A stretch of 64,000 nt of DNA. It comes from Phoronis australis. Taxonomy: Eukaryota > Animalia > Phoronida. This document shows, one piece after another, positions 13,424 to 26,783 of this stretch. Position 1 is the stretch's first letter. Each line of letters opens with the position of its first letter. The notes beneath the pieces are model-generated. The model did not search any database. It saw only the letters and a program-made list of their open reading frames with translations, and was not told the origin of the DNA. Both the position numbers and the translations under genes were made by a program. Location: the NCBI GenBank assembly GCA_002633005.1, contig NMRA01000092.1, positions 1 through 64,000 on the forward strand, in the 5' to 3' direction.

Positions 13424-14255
13424 TTTATGACCACATAGCATTGATGTTTTAGTCAGTGCGAGGCATAATTGATCGAAAATTATACGGCATGTGAAGCTTC
13501 ACCGTCTATTGCGGAGCCAGTAGAGACAGTGGTCACTGTCTATCAGTTCCTCTGCCTGGCATAGACAGTCACCACTGTTTCTAGCTGGCTCAGTAGAGAC
13601 GGTGTACCTCCTATAGGAGCTTCATAAACCGGAACCTTTTTGGCGAAGTATGCCTCATACCGACTAAAGCATCAAAGTCACATTGTTATAAATACTTTTC
13701 GCATAGAGGGACAACTTAGTAAGCTGTCGATGTCTTCATTTCCTTCCAACTCAAACAGGTACTCCCGTTATCAACTTTTTCTTCGAGCAGTTCTTCATTC
13801 AGTTCCCAAAATTGGAAAGTGGCCATTTGTAACACAATGTGCGGCAGGTGGTATGATGTCATATCCCCTGGCATGCGTAGTGTAAAAATGGCCAGTTACT
13901 GATTTTGGGAACTGAACGAAGGATTGCTCTTTTTCTGTGATGGAAGTAAACTTGCGTCTTTTGAACGTGTACCTGTGTCTTTGTTGATATGAATTGCTCT
14001 TTTGTTGAAACTGAAATATGGAAATTTTGGTTGCAGATATCTGGATAGTATCTACTCAGTTTAAACCTTGATCCATTTGTATTGACATTGTTTTGTCTTC
14101 TTTGCAGAGAACGAGCAAGACTGTTTTACGCAACATCGATAAGGCCTCGACTTCTACAGTGACTTCTGTACTGCTTTGATAATCTTGGTAACTTAAACTG
14201 TGAAAGAAGTGCATCTTATGTTAACCACCAGTCATTGCATTGAAGGTTTTTGCTC

Positions 14256-17200
14256 ATGGCCCAAATGAATTGCCACAGATCATTCTTGAACTACTTGGTG
14301 CAGTTTTGTCGGAGGAAACCAACCTCAAGAGCCGATCTATATGTTCGGCATTTTGCAAGCTACACAGATGTAAAAATAGAAGCCAATGACGAGCTGTGCC
14401 ACATTTTCCGAAAGCAAAGAGAGCACAGGCAGGAAATTCTACGCAAGAAAAAACAAACCTTTAGACAAGATATTCCTCTCTATGCTAAACTGTATTTAGC
14501 AAATGAAATAAAGTCGGAGATTGAAAATGCTTCAAATAATTTAAGTGAGTCAGTGGGTGGATTATATTCTGGAGAAGACTTTTTGAGTGAATACATCGAT
14601 CAAGAATTTTCAATCAACAGTGAACCAGGAACAGATTTAAATTATGGAACTGCTAATCGAGATATTCCAATGAGCGACGTTCCGTGTCCTGGCTGTGGTG
14701 CTAATCTACACTGTCAGGACCCAGGCATTCCTGGATATATGCCCAGTGAAAAGTTTCAACGGTACAGACATTCTTCAGAAATGTTGAAGAAGTTAGAATG
14801 CCATCGTTGTTTTGTTTGGTCAAAGTATCAGATAGCCCTCGACGTCTCTGTGTCTGAAGAGGAATATTTGAAAGTTGTGTCGGAACTCCGAAAAAAATTT
14901 GCACTTCTGTTAGTGGTTGTGGACTTATTAGATATACCGAACAGTATCTATGAGGGTTTACTCAGTCTCTTGGGACATAAGCACCCTCTGTACATAGTAG
15001 GTAACAAAGTGGACTTGTTACCAAAAGACAGGGAAGGGTATTTAGACCGTGTGGTGGGGTCTGTGAAACAGCATGTGTCGAAGATGGGTCTCAATCGAGG
15101 GAATAATATTAAGCATTACTGTCTTGTCAGTGCGAAAACCGGATATGGAGTAGAAGACCTAGTAACCAAGTTAATGAAAGATTGGAATAGAAAAGGTGAT
15201 CACTGACTTTATATCCCAATGCCTGAAATGTGCGGTTTGAATCTGTTGCATGCTCGATGTGTCTGGGGGATTCAATGAGAAATAAACACTGAGGTTTTTT
15301 CATAGATCCTTTGGTTACAAAGTGGCAGAACAGGTTGTGGTCTCGATCCTTTGGACTCTCCTCAGGTTCTGGTTCTGCTGTTCATATTTAGAAAAGTTAG
15401 CATGCAACTACAATTTAAGGCTGCTTAACCACACAATTTATGTCTCCAGCGTTTTCACATCATGATGGAAGACGATCTCCGTCCCCAAGCATGTAATTTA
15501 TGACATTAGCTAGTAAGATTAGAAAATGGTTGTTCAAAAACAAATTTTGCCAGGGTTGGCTATTTTGAAAACCAGGTTCCATCCTGTCAGTTAAGTAGGA
15601 GAGCTAATTGTTTAAGGTCTTCTGAAAGTAGAAACCAATCGCCAATGGCAAAGTAAATTATGAAACAATCTGACAAGAGTTGATCTGAAAATTTTGTATT
15701 TAGCTAATTTTGTATAGGATGAAAATTCCCCTTTAAGATGTTTTGAATTCTATTACTGAGACCATGAAACTCTGCTTGAGGCTTCCCTCAATCTTTTGAC
15801 TTCAGTCTTGTGTAAAGTTTTCGTTGATGGCCCTTGTCCTCTGCTGCGTTTATTAAATTTAATGAGGTCAGTCCTGCTTCCTGTTCTACTTATTTGTTTT
15901 GCCCTCGTTGCAGGCGATGTATGTGTTGTGGGCTGTACTAATTCAGGGAAGTCGACACTGTTTAATGCACTACTGGCCTCTGACTACTGCAAGTCTAGCG
16001 TCAGAGACCTCATTCACGAGGCTACTTCATCCATTTGGCCTGGTATGTGATCAACAACTGTTGTGAAATCTCACCAACATAGGACACTATGTCAGTGTGG
16101 TAGACTAAATTGTGTTAATTTTTTCAAGAAAGACAGCGTGCACCCAGTCGGTGCTTTACCATTTCCAAGTTCTTACTGTTGCTACGATTGTGCATAGAGT
16201 ACTTCGAAGAACTGTGGGCATTAAAAGCCCTTGGAATAGGAAAAATTATCAATTTTTAATGGTAGATTTTTGTCTTCTGTTGGTGAGATTTTTGTCAAGT
16301 GGTTGTTTTCAATTCATTTCTCATCTCCAGTAGAGAACCTCAGCTTAGTCAAACTATAAAGAAGTTTTGCATCACATTTCATATCCATCAATCATCAACC
16401 ACGCTTTTATTCTTAGTGCTCGCTTACAAGTTTGAGATGCGACTCTCTTTATAGTCCAGCCTAATGCTAAAAAATTCTTGTCTAAGCAGTTTTTCATGGC
16501 ATGTATGATGTCTGGAATTTTGTCTGTTTATGAGATGCAGAAATTGTGCCCAAGGTGAGTTCTGTGACAGAATTGAAAAATGTTTAGAAATCACCCTATG
16601 ATGCAGTATTATTGAAGACATGAAATCCAACTATTATTCTAATTTTATGTGAGTTATGACAATACCTATTGAAGGGATATTATCAGTGTTGTGTCCTAAA
16701 TTGTATTTTGGGGTTATTGTTACATCGGATAGTCTCTGAAATGGTCAGCTTTGACCAGAGCCATAAAACAACAAGATTTGTTTTTATAGTTTTGCTGTAA
16801 ATCACCAGTTCTTGCCAGACATAAGCTGAAATCAAGACTGGTCACTTTCCCAGTTAAGTAGGTTACGTTAAAAATGCCCTAACTTTTAATTTACCTGCAG
16901 AGTGTTAAACTTCGACCTCAAGGGTTGAATGTTCAATTCTGCTCTGAGTCTGACTCAGAATGTCACTTTTCCTCGGCCATTCTGTTCATTTAATGTCTTC
17001 AAATACATTTACAAAATGCTTTAGGGACCACACTGAATCTGCTGAAGTTTCCCATCGTCACGGCGAAACCAAAGACGTTTCATTTGCGTAAAAAACGTTT
17101 GTGCAGTGAGGGAACGGAGGTGGCATCGGAGGAGCAGAAGATGTTATCAGGTGAGGAACTGTTGAAACCTTGTCATTATGTGGGGTGATAGTCATGTTGG

Positions 17201-20200
17201 ATGACAATTGGATTGGTTATCATTGGATATCATTTGAAATCATTGGATATCGTGGGAAAGTGAGTAGAGATGCAGTAGTTTGTCAATTAATCTGTGACCG
17301 TTATCTTGTTGTTGGGTATTTTGTAACAAGAATTTGTGGTGTTAAAGCTGTTAAAATTTTCCATCTTCTCAAAGTGAATTAAATAAAAAAAGGAAATTGT
17401 GTGCTACTTAAGCCTTTAACTGGACATTTACAGACACCTCCTCAGACAGAAAAAATGAATATTTTTTCAAATTTCCTTTCTGCTTTAAGTCAACATAAAT
17501 TTATCAACATTTAGCTCTTATTTCGACAACATTGATAATGTCTAATATAATAGCGACATAAAGATGTATTTTCAATGTTCTGTCCATGTCTAGGAAATGT
17601 AGGTATAACCCTTGTGGATGACGGACGTGACAACTTCAATGGCCGGGAACTACCTACCTTCTCATTTGACGAAGACACAGGTCTGCTTAACGAGGTTGAA
17701 TTGACCCAGGATCATTTGATAGAGAGTGAGAGCACAATGCCAGATGACATGTTCCCAGACAGTAAATGGTTCTATGACAGTCCGGGCTTAGTGAGTCGTG
17801 ATCAGGTAGTTAGGGATTTCGTAGACTTATTAACAGTCACATGTCAGAATAAACTTAAGAGCATTAGGGGAACGTTCTATGCATGGCCGTTACGTTACAC
17901 CTGACAGCTCGGTTTTGAACTTTTGTTGTTTGCGTTGATTTTTCAAGTCGTAATGATTAGCTCTGTTAATTGTTTTGTTATTTTGCTTTCCCGCATGATT
18001 ACAAATGAATTCTGCGTCATGTTGTCTGGAATGATGTGTCGTGACGGGTCATTGCTCTTCGTGATGTTGAAACGTAATTTTGTTGGAGTATTTGTCTCAT
18101 GCTCTGTTCTGTTAAAGTAGTGTAGTATGGTAATTGTCCACTATTTCGCACAAAATGAACTGCGAAAAATGCCATTTTCCATTTTGCAAGGCCGATTACA
18201 AAATTACTACAAATAATGGAAAATTTACTAAAAGTTGTTTTAAATTATCTGCACAGTGGAAACAATGCTAGTTATGCATAAAATTTTTCTAATAATTTTT
18301 ATTTTTGTGGAGCGGTTTGACAAAATAGAATTTCACTTGTCAGCCATATTCTACGCTAAATAGGTGAAGAACTACGGTACGATTTGCCATGTGTTATTTC
18401 TATTCAGGTGATCAATTTATTAACTCAAGATGAGCTGGCCGCAGTCCTTCCAGTTGACGTCATTAAACCACGCACATTCGTGATACAACCTTGTCAAGCT
18501 CTGCTGATTGGTGGATTAGCAAGAATAGATTACGTAGAAGTGAGTGTTTGAAAGACATTACAGTGAAGCTTCTTCAATTTAGAACACGAAATGGTAGCAT
18601 TACAAAGCCTTGAATTATATCCTTTTTAGGGACCATCCCAGTGGTGGTAGTCGGTTTGTGTAATGGAATTAAGTGGCCAAATCTAGGCGTGATAATGTCC
18701 TGCGGTCTGTTTCATGAAAAGTGACTTTTAAGTCTTAAAAGACGTTTAAGTCAGAAATTTGGTTTTACACTCCATACAGTTATTTTTGAAAAATAAAAAA
18801 TCTCACTTAAGCAAAGTGCAAAGTTTCTGTCGAGAACATGCTTATACGTACCAATTACTGACGAGATAATTTTTATAAATTATTTCTAGATTGTGATACG
18901 CTCATAATTGGCTAAACTTCTATTCAGTAATTGTGAAGTAGGAGGGTAAGACCATTTTTACGACTTAAAAGTCTTAGTCACTTTTCATAAAACGGACTCC
19001 AGAACACAATTGCCAACTTAAACAAAAGACCGACTGTGATTGGATTGTCCCACCTTTACCTCTGACCTATCCACTGCTCACAGCACAGAATACTGAAATC
19101 TTCTTTCCTGAGAATCAAAATATTTTGGGAAGAAATTTGTTCTCATTTTAGCACATCTTTTAAGATAAAACTCGTCTGGTAACAACATACACGTGATGAA
19201 ATTCTAACGTAGAAAATATATCTGAAACTAAATAAGGCGATCCAGATCCTCCCAAGGATACTATTGTTTCATGAAATGAAGAATATAAATCGGTAAATAA
19301 AACAACAAGAATGGATCAACTGAAATTTGAAATTTTCGGATGTAACAACTTCCTTTATCAACAAAAACAGAAATAAAGTAAAATCAAACACAAAATGACA
19401 ATTGACATATAANCAGGATCATTTGATAGAGAGTGAGAGCACAATGCCAGATGACATGTTCCCAGACAGTAAATGGTTCTATGACAGTCCGGGCTTAGTG
19501 AGTCGCGATCAGGTAGTTAGGGATTTCGTAGACTTATTAACAGTCACATGTCAGAATAAACTTAAGAGCATTAGGGGAACGTTCTATGCATGGCCGTTAC
19601 GTTACACCTGACAGCTCGGTTTTGAACTTTTGTTGTTTGCGTTGATTTTTCAAGTCATAATGATTAGCTCTGTTAATTGTTTTGCTATTTTGCTTTCCCG
19701 CATGATTACAAATGAATTCTCGGTCATGTTGTCTGGAATGATGAGTCATGACGGGTCATTGCTCTTCGTAATGTTGAAACGTAATTTTGTTGGAGTATTT
19801 GTCTCATGCTCTGTTCTGTTAAAATAGTGTAGTATGTTAATTCTCCACTATTTCACACAAAATGAACTGCGAAAAATGCCATTTTTCCATTTTGCAAGGC
19901 CGATTACAAAATTACTACAAAAAATGGAAATTTACTAAAAATTGTTTTAAAATATCTGCACAGTGGAAACAATGCTAGTTACGCATAAAATTTTCCAATA
20001 ATTTTTATTTTTGTGGAGCGGTTTGACAAAATAGAATTTCACTTGTCAGCCATATTCTACGCTAAATAGGTGGAGAACTACGGTACGATTTGCCATGTGT
20101 AATTTCTATTCAGGTGATCAATTTATTAACTCAAGATGAGCTGGCCGCAGTCCTTCCAGTTGACGTCATTAAACCGCGCACGTTCGTGATACAACCTTGT

Positions 20201-23200
20201 CAAGCTCTGCTGATTGGTGGATTAGCAAGAATAGATTACGTAGAAGTGAGTGTTTGAAAGACATTACAGTGAAGCTTCTTCAATTTAGAACACAAAATGG
20301 TAGCATTACAAAGCCTTGTTATATCCTTTTTAGGGACCATCCCAGTGGTGGTAGTCGGTTTGTGTAATGGAATCAAGTGGCCAAATCTAGGCGTGATAAT
20401 GTCCTGCGGTCTGTTTCATGAAAAGTGACTTCTAAGTCTTAAAAGACGTTTAAGTCAGAAATTTGGTTTTTTATAAAAAAACAATTGCAGGCGGTCTGAT
20501 ACACGTTGCACCAGACGTGCGCAGGCCTCGCATGTGGGCCCATTGCACTGATCACCTGGAAATATTTTTATGCTTTATTAATATGTGGTTAAAATCGAGC
20601 TGAGGAGCTAGAAACCTGGCTCAAGGGTTTAGCAGGGTGACATGGTGGGACTCGAACCCACGACCTCGAGTAAAGAAAGCGGGCACTTATCAACCAGGCC
20701 ACACTGCCTCCTCTAAAATCAATAAATTTGGTTTTACACTCCATACAGTTATTTTTGAAAAATAAAAAATCTCACTTAAGCAAAGTGCAAAGTTTGTGTC
20801 GAGAACATGCTTATACGTACCAATTACAAATTATTTCTAGATTGTGATACGCTCATAATTGGCTAAACTTCTATTCAGTAATTGTGAAGTAGGAGGGTAA
20901 GACCATTTTTCCGACTTAAAAGTCTTAGTCACTTTTCATCTAACGGACCCCAGAACACAATTGCCAACTTAAACAAAAGACCGACTGTGATTGGATTGCC
21001 TCAGCTTTACCTCTGACCTATCCACTGCTTACAGCACAGAATACTGAAATCTTCTTTTCTGAGAATCAAAATATTTTGGGAAGAAATTTGTTCTCATTTT
21101 AGCACATCTTTTAAGATAAAACTCGTCTGGTAACAACATACACGTGATGAAATTCTAAACATTTTAGGAAAAGGTAACAAGTGATGACTATATTTTAGAT
21201 GACATTGTTAGTTTTGTTAAAAATTGAAGAATCGTTACTGTACTGACTTGGTGCGAATTTTGAGTTGAAAAGCTCATAGGATGTAATTTTATCGTTCAGT
21301 GGTGATATCTATCATTCTAAACAAAAACAAGGCAGCCTAATTTAGCAAGGAAGTTAGATTGGTTCATCTTTTTCCTAACTTATGCTTTCATATTTTTGTG
21401 TTTTTATTTGTTCAGATTAGAGATCGATTATAGACCAAATGCTAAATGCTTAGAGTGGTCGTATAACTGTACAACGGAGTTTAAGTGGGCTCCCCTTTTA
21501 TGCAGAGTGGACAACACTGTGCTTTGCTCACAATGTGCTACTTGAATCAGTTTTCAATTTTCATGTGGAAGTAAGACTTAAGCTTTGGCAGATTTCTTCT
21601 GAATCATATCAACGACATATCCTTTAACAGTAACCCTAGGCACGAGACTACCGAATTTAACTCGATTCATGATTCAAAAATTGACCAATTGAGTTGCATG
21701 AAATCTGAAAGATGACTTGCAACAGGCATACAATTGGACAATTTCTCGTGTAAAGTTTGGTGGTTTTGGACACAAGGTAGTGGTTAATTACTGTTGGTAC
21801 TGGACCGTTGGTTTGCTGTTGTTGTTCCAGGGTCAACAACCAATCTACTACACCGTCTTTGGCACGTCTGCTCTCCCAATAACTGTGCTTGATGCCAGCA
21901 TAGCAGACGATTTTTACTCGCTTTATTTTTACACTGGAAAACTTGTGGTAAGTGGCAAAGTTATCCTCTTGAAGCATGTTGTTCTGATAAAGCTCAAAAA
22001 TCACCTGAATCCTAGTCTGCCATGTTTTTAGTTAAACATACTGCTTTGGGCACATAAAATGGGCAGATTTATTCTACATAGAGGTACCAGTACAGGGGCA
22101 GATCCAGGATTTTGAGTTGGGAGGGTGGGGCAGGGCAGAGTATTAGCCAGGATTTTGTTCATCATAAATTAGCACCCCCAACTGGCAAATGGAATGTGGA
22201 AGAATTTAAGGGGGGGGCACGGCCCCCTTTCCCCCCAAATCCACCACTGCAGTAAGCATTATTGGGGTTGAACCTTAAACATGAATGATGAAGTTGACTG
22301 TGGAATTTGCCAGTTGTGCTGTTCTCATTGGGGTTCCTGTTACAGCCAACAAAGCACTGCAAGTAGGAACAGTGTGGTATAGCGGTGACATAATGAAACA
22401 TGCCTTGGGACTGAATGGTGATGGAGTAGTTGGTCAAGAGAATTTTGTGTTCCTGAATGGAGGTTCAATGCAGTGAAATGTTGCAGCATTTTTCATATGA
22501 ATTCTTTTCGACCATTGTTCCGTCAAATTGCCATCATTGTGCTGTGGGATAATCAAACGATTTACGCTCCGTATTATGCAAGGGCTGTTCCAGTAAAATC
22601 TGTATGGGAGGGGGGAAGGCACCTTTTTTTCGCCCCCACCACCCATATTTTTCATTTATTTCTTCAGCATACCACCCATAATTTTTTATAAGTTTGAAAT
22701 GCAACCACCCGTAATTTTTTTTTGTTCTTGTGGTTGACTGCACAGGCGCTTGAGTTTATCTGTTCCTCCATCACCACTAACGTCATTCATTACTAAGAAA
22801 ACATATGTTTCTTATATATGGTTATTAGCCATCGAGAAATTCGAGCACCTGTGGTTAAATGGTGTTATGGGCATGCCGATGAGGAGATCGGAGGGAGTGA
22901 AAAAGTCGGAGCTTTTTGCAAGTTGCATTTTTGTTTCAGTTTTTTATTCTGTGCGGATTGTTTATAAAATTTACTAAAATTACCCACCATCAAACATTTA
23001 TGGCCCAATGAAACAACAACGACCTGTAAATTTTTATTTTTTTGAAGTACGACCACCAGCCATTTTGAATTTAAATCAAACGCAACCACCCATAAATTTT
23101 TATTTCAGTTGCCTTCCCCCCCTCCCACACAGATTTTGCTGGAACAGCCCTAACTTAATGTCTCACAGTGTCTGCGAAGGAAAGAAATTGTTTCGTCCTT

Positions 23201-24666
23201 GTCAACTCACCCAGCTTGTACACCAAAATTAGGAACTGGGTGAAGTAAAAGACGCTTTTGTGCTCTCGCAACGCTAAAGAGTTATTGTCAAATGTACAGT
23301 AATTCTGTTGCCCTTACCAATCTATGCCTACAGTATGTAGTATCTTGAATTGGTTTTGTCGTCAGGTACCTAGGGGTGACCAAAACAGGTTAGACCAGTT
23401 CCCAGCTCTGATAGGTCAAGAGTTTACAGTGACCGGAAAAGGCAAGCGAGAGAGCGCAGCCGACATACAACTGTCGTCAGCAGGTAGCACGATGCTTATT
23501 TATGTTCAAACTAACACGGTCCAAGTTCACAATACAAACGTCCTCACTTACATCATCATGCTAAAACCAACAACTTATCAAAGTGATGGCTTGTGATGTG
23601 CAAGTCGTTTTGATGACTTATAAATGTTTGTGTACTACTGTTGCTATATCGAGTTCCACATTATCAAAGTTTACAGTGAACTTTTACAAAAGTTTACTTA
23701 ACATGTGGTTTGATTTGTTATAGGACATGGCACTGTACAGTTGGTGGTTATCATGGTTTTTGCAATCAATTTCATAATGCAAGGAACAGGCAATTTGCGG
23801 TTCAGTTTTACTTTCAAAAACATTTACTGTGGAGGCGCTGAGGAAAGATTAAAATGCCTGTATTGCGGTCTGACTAATTGCTGCGATGCAAGAGTCCAAA
23901 CCACATTCCAAGACAATCCCTAGCTTCTGCTTCAGATATATTTGTTGGTTACCCATTTTAGATACTTTATAATCGGGACGTGAACTGTTGTGAGATGTAA
24001 TATTCATTAGTTTCAATTTTTGTCGACAGCACTTAGCAACAATTTGCTTTTACATTTTGTGTTATGCAAACACCACGACTTACACCACGACTGAACCATG
24101 AACTTTAACATGTAAGCGAATGGGAATGTGACAGAGGCAGAGAAAGGGCAGTGACTGATGCAGATGTATTTTAGTTGTCAAGTTTGTCTACCTGTTGAAG
24201 CTATTGTTACACCTGTTGTTAGTCTTTAATAAATGGATTGAAAAAGGGTAACTCTGTGCAGTATTAATCATCTAATAGAAGGATGGATTGCCCTTTTTGC
24301 TGAAGTACTTTTTGCAGAAGTAGTCTCCGACAATAACAGGAAATGACAAACAAAGTTTCAATTCAAAATGCGGGGCTCTTAAAGTTTAATTGACAGGAAA
24401 GGCCACTCCTCATTTATGTGCCTGGTGTAGGAGTGAGTAATAAGTAATAATGCGCTGGTTGATCCAATCTTGTGAATTTGAAAATGAAATTCATTCCAGG
24501 TTGGATATCTGTAACTGCCAAGCGAGACGAAACGGTTAAGCTTCGGGCTTACACTCCAGGCGGGAGAGGCTGTAAGCTGCGAACACCTTCAGTGTTGCCG
24601 TATGCTGTTAATGCCAAGGGAAAGAGGATATCTCAAACATCTGCATTTGAAACGAAACACGTCTAA
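14256..24666 (+). CDS. NOA1: Nitric oxide-associated protein 1 (mitochondrial circularly permuted GTPase, YqeH-like), 646 aa
   Basis: Exons 14256-15195, 15914-16042, 17025-17150, 17594-17805, 18408-18539 (alternative copy 20114-20245), 21831-21947, 23366-23483 and 24500-24666 total 1941 nt, all GT-AG and in phase. Motifs: CPGC...CHRC zinc site, G4 NKVD, G5 SAKTG, G1 [10 protein letters not shown]2 PGTTL, G3 [24 protein letters not shown]. Confidence 0.95.
19414..21158 (+). repeat. Second copy of 17707-19207 (NOA1 exons 5-6 region), probably an uncollapsed haplotype
   Basis: Near-identical direct copy starting right after the single n at 19413. It begins mid-exon, and the exonic differences are synonymous (CGT/CGC, CCA/CCG, ACA/ACG). 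Confidence 0.85.
20471..20723 (-). mobile_element. tRNA-derived SINE with a 12-bp TSD
   Basis: The minus strand has an A-box-like TGGCCTGGTTGA and B-box GGTTCGAGTCC. It is flanked by AAATTTGGTTTT at 20459-20470 and 20724-20735, and is absent from the other copy (~18756). A degenerate relative lies at ~42147-42297. Confidence 0.8.
22582..23150. mobile_element. MITE, PIF/Harbinger-like
   Basis: ~39-bp imperfect TIRs GGGCTGTTCCAGTAAAATCTG... / ...CAGATTTTGCTGGAACAGCCC, 3-bp flanks CAA/TAA, and internal ACCACCCAT repeats. Confidence 0.75.
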
Positions 24667-26783
24667 TGTTACTATATATTATGTGATATGAATATTGGTC
24701 ATGAAATACATGTACATCACATTTAAATTGCTCAAATACATGCACGCCATTGAGAACGACATACAAGGTAAACATCATAATTGCTATAACACTAACAGTA
24801 AGCCATTCTAAAATGGTCTTTTGAAGCAGTTAGGACGTGTTCACTAGGTTCATTTCTAATTTTCCCAGAAACGCACGGAAATGTGAAATATGCCACTATC
24901 TGAGAAAATTACTAGGACCTTCCTTAAAATATTTTTATTTCTTATCACCTAACCCACACTCCTAAGAAATGGATAACTCTGACGGTAAACCATTTTCATT
25001 ATTGCATGTATTTCGTCATTATAATTGAAAAGAAATATTGACAGATTGAAAATAAGATCTTTAGAGAACTGCACACTTTACATTCAATTGCGCATAGGGA
25101 AATGACCCTAACTTTAATTTAGATGTAATCTGTCCTGGACCTGTTAGAAAACGTTGAACACCTACGTATTTGCCAGGGACCTGTTTCATAAAAGTGATTT
25201 AAAACTAGAGACAGAAATTCGGTCTGGCGCTACCATTTCACACTCACTGAATGAAAGTTTACCACATGCATGACTCATCACATTCTAGCAACTAGCCATT
25301 AGCTGTACATTCTCCGAGACTGCACTTTTGCTCTGGCGTGATCTACATTTCAGAAAAAGTAGTGAGGATCGCAAGACCACATTTGTGATTTCCAAGTCTT
25401 AAGTGACTTCACGAAACAGAGCCCAGATCATTCATCACCTGGATGAGTGACAATCTCCATCAATACACCATAGATATAGTTCATGACAAAAGTAATCGGA
25501 CAAAATACCATTTTCCCGTCATGGTGGCTAATTCTGTTAACAGCAAAAATTCGTGGCAATAACTTGGGGAAAATTCTATTAAATTAAAAATAGCTTAGCC
25601 ACCTCATTGACTTTTCTGTTAATTCCGTTCATTCTCAGGCATGATAGAAGACTACTACTCTGACAATGACGTCAGCTTCCACTCAGCTATCAAGATGGGT
25701 TATTCCGGGTCATTTTGTCAAAATACTTATGGCATGCACTATGTCTGCATTTCAGGAATGGAATTTCCATCGTCCACGACTCGTTCACTGACTCCTTGTG
25801 GAACTTAAATGTTTTGTCACGCGAGTGACTTCAAACAAATAGTTAAATGAGAAAATAAAATTAACAGAAATGCATGCACAGACTACCCCGTTTGGTAAAA
25901 TGATAGATCAGTGTACTTAACAGTGAACTAAAGGGCAAAGCATTGATCAAGCCAAAAAGACAAGTTGGTTCTGGTCTGTACCGCCGACTCATTTTCAGAC
26001 ATTGTTCACATCAATTTCAGCCAATGTCTCGTGTTTTCATAACTAGAAAACTTCATAAATACATGTACATAAGATTTTGTATGCAGTGATTTGCCAAGGG
26101 ATGAGTAAAACAAAGACATTATGCATCGTTTTTTATCGTTCCTGGTAGATTATCAATTTTTAAAAGCCAGCAACTAAAAAATGCCACACCAGATTCAATT
26201 TTCAAAAGAAGAGTAGACTACGTTTTCTAGTATAATCTTTGTCGCGGGCAACAACAACTAAACGGTATGGTATAAAGAAATCGCTAATTCATTCATTCCA
26301 ATTCAACGCCATTTAAGACATTTAAATAATTCGTCACAAAACTGCTTCTCAAGTACTAATAAAAATAATTGTTAAAAGAAAAGTGACAGTTGCAAAGAAA
26401 CGCAGAAAGTCAGAATAAATGAAGTAAATAAAATAAATTCATAGCTTAGTTTTAAAGGCATTAAAATGAAGCGTTTTGAAATTGATGGTAAAACTGAGAT
26501 ACAATCTCACCAATTTTAAACAAAATTGCAATAACTGCATAAAAATTAATGTGAAAATATCCAATGGTAGTTACTTATTAACAAGTGAAGCATTACTTAG
26601 GTGCAACACCGAGTATGAAAAAATGACATTCACTTGTCTGTCATATTGTGTTCTAAACTGGTGAGATTTTACCGAGTAAAAAATGGAGGCACTGTACGGC
26701 GTGGGATTATCAGCAGCTGTCTACAGAAAGCTTTCAGCAGGGCCAGCACTTGCTAACTGTGTGTTTTTGGAAGGCCTGTCATG

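Noticed and set aside
20640-20712. Possible tRNA gene
   Set aside because: A/B boxes are present, but they lie in a TSD-flanked insert with a long tail and no clean cloverleaf; it is a SINE head.
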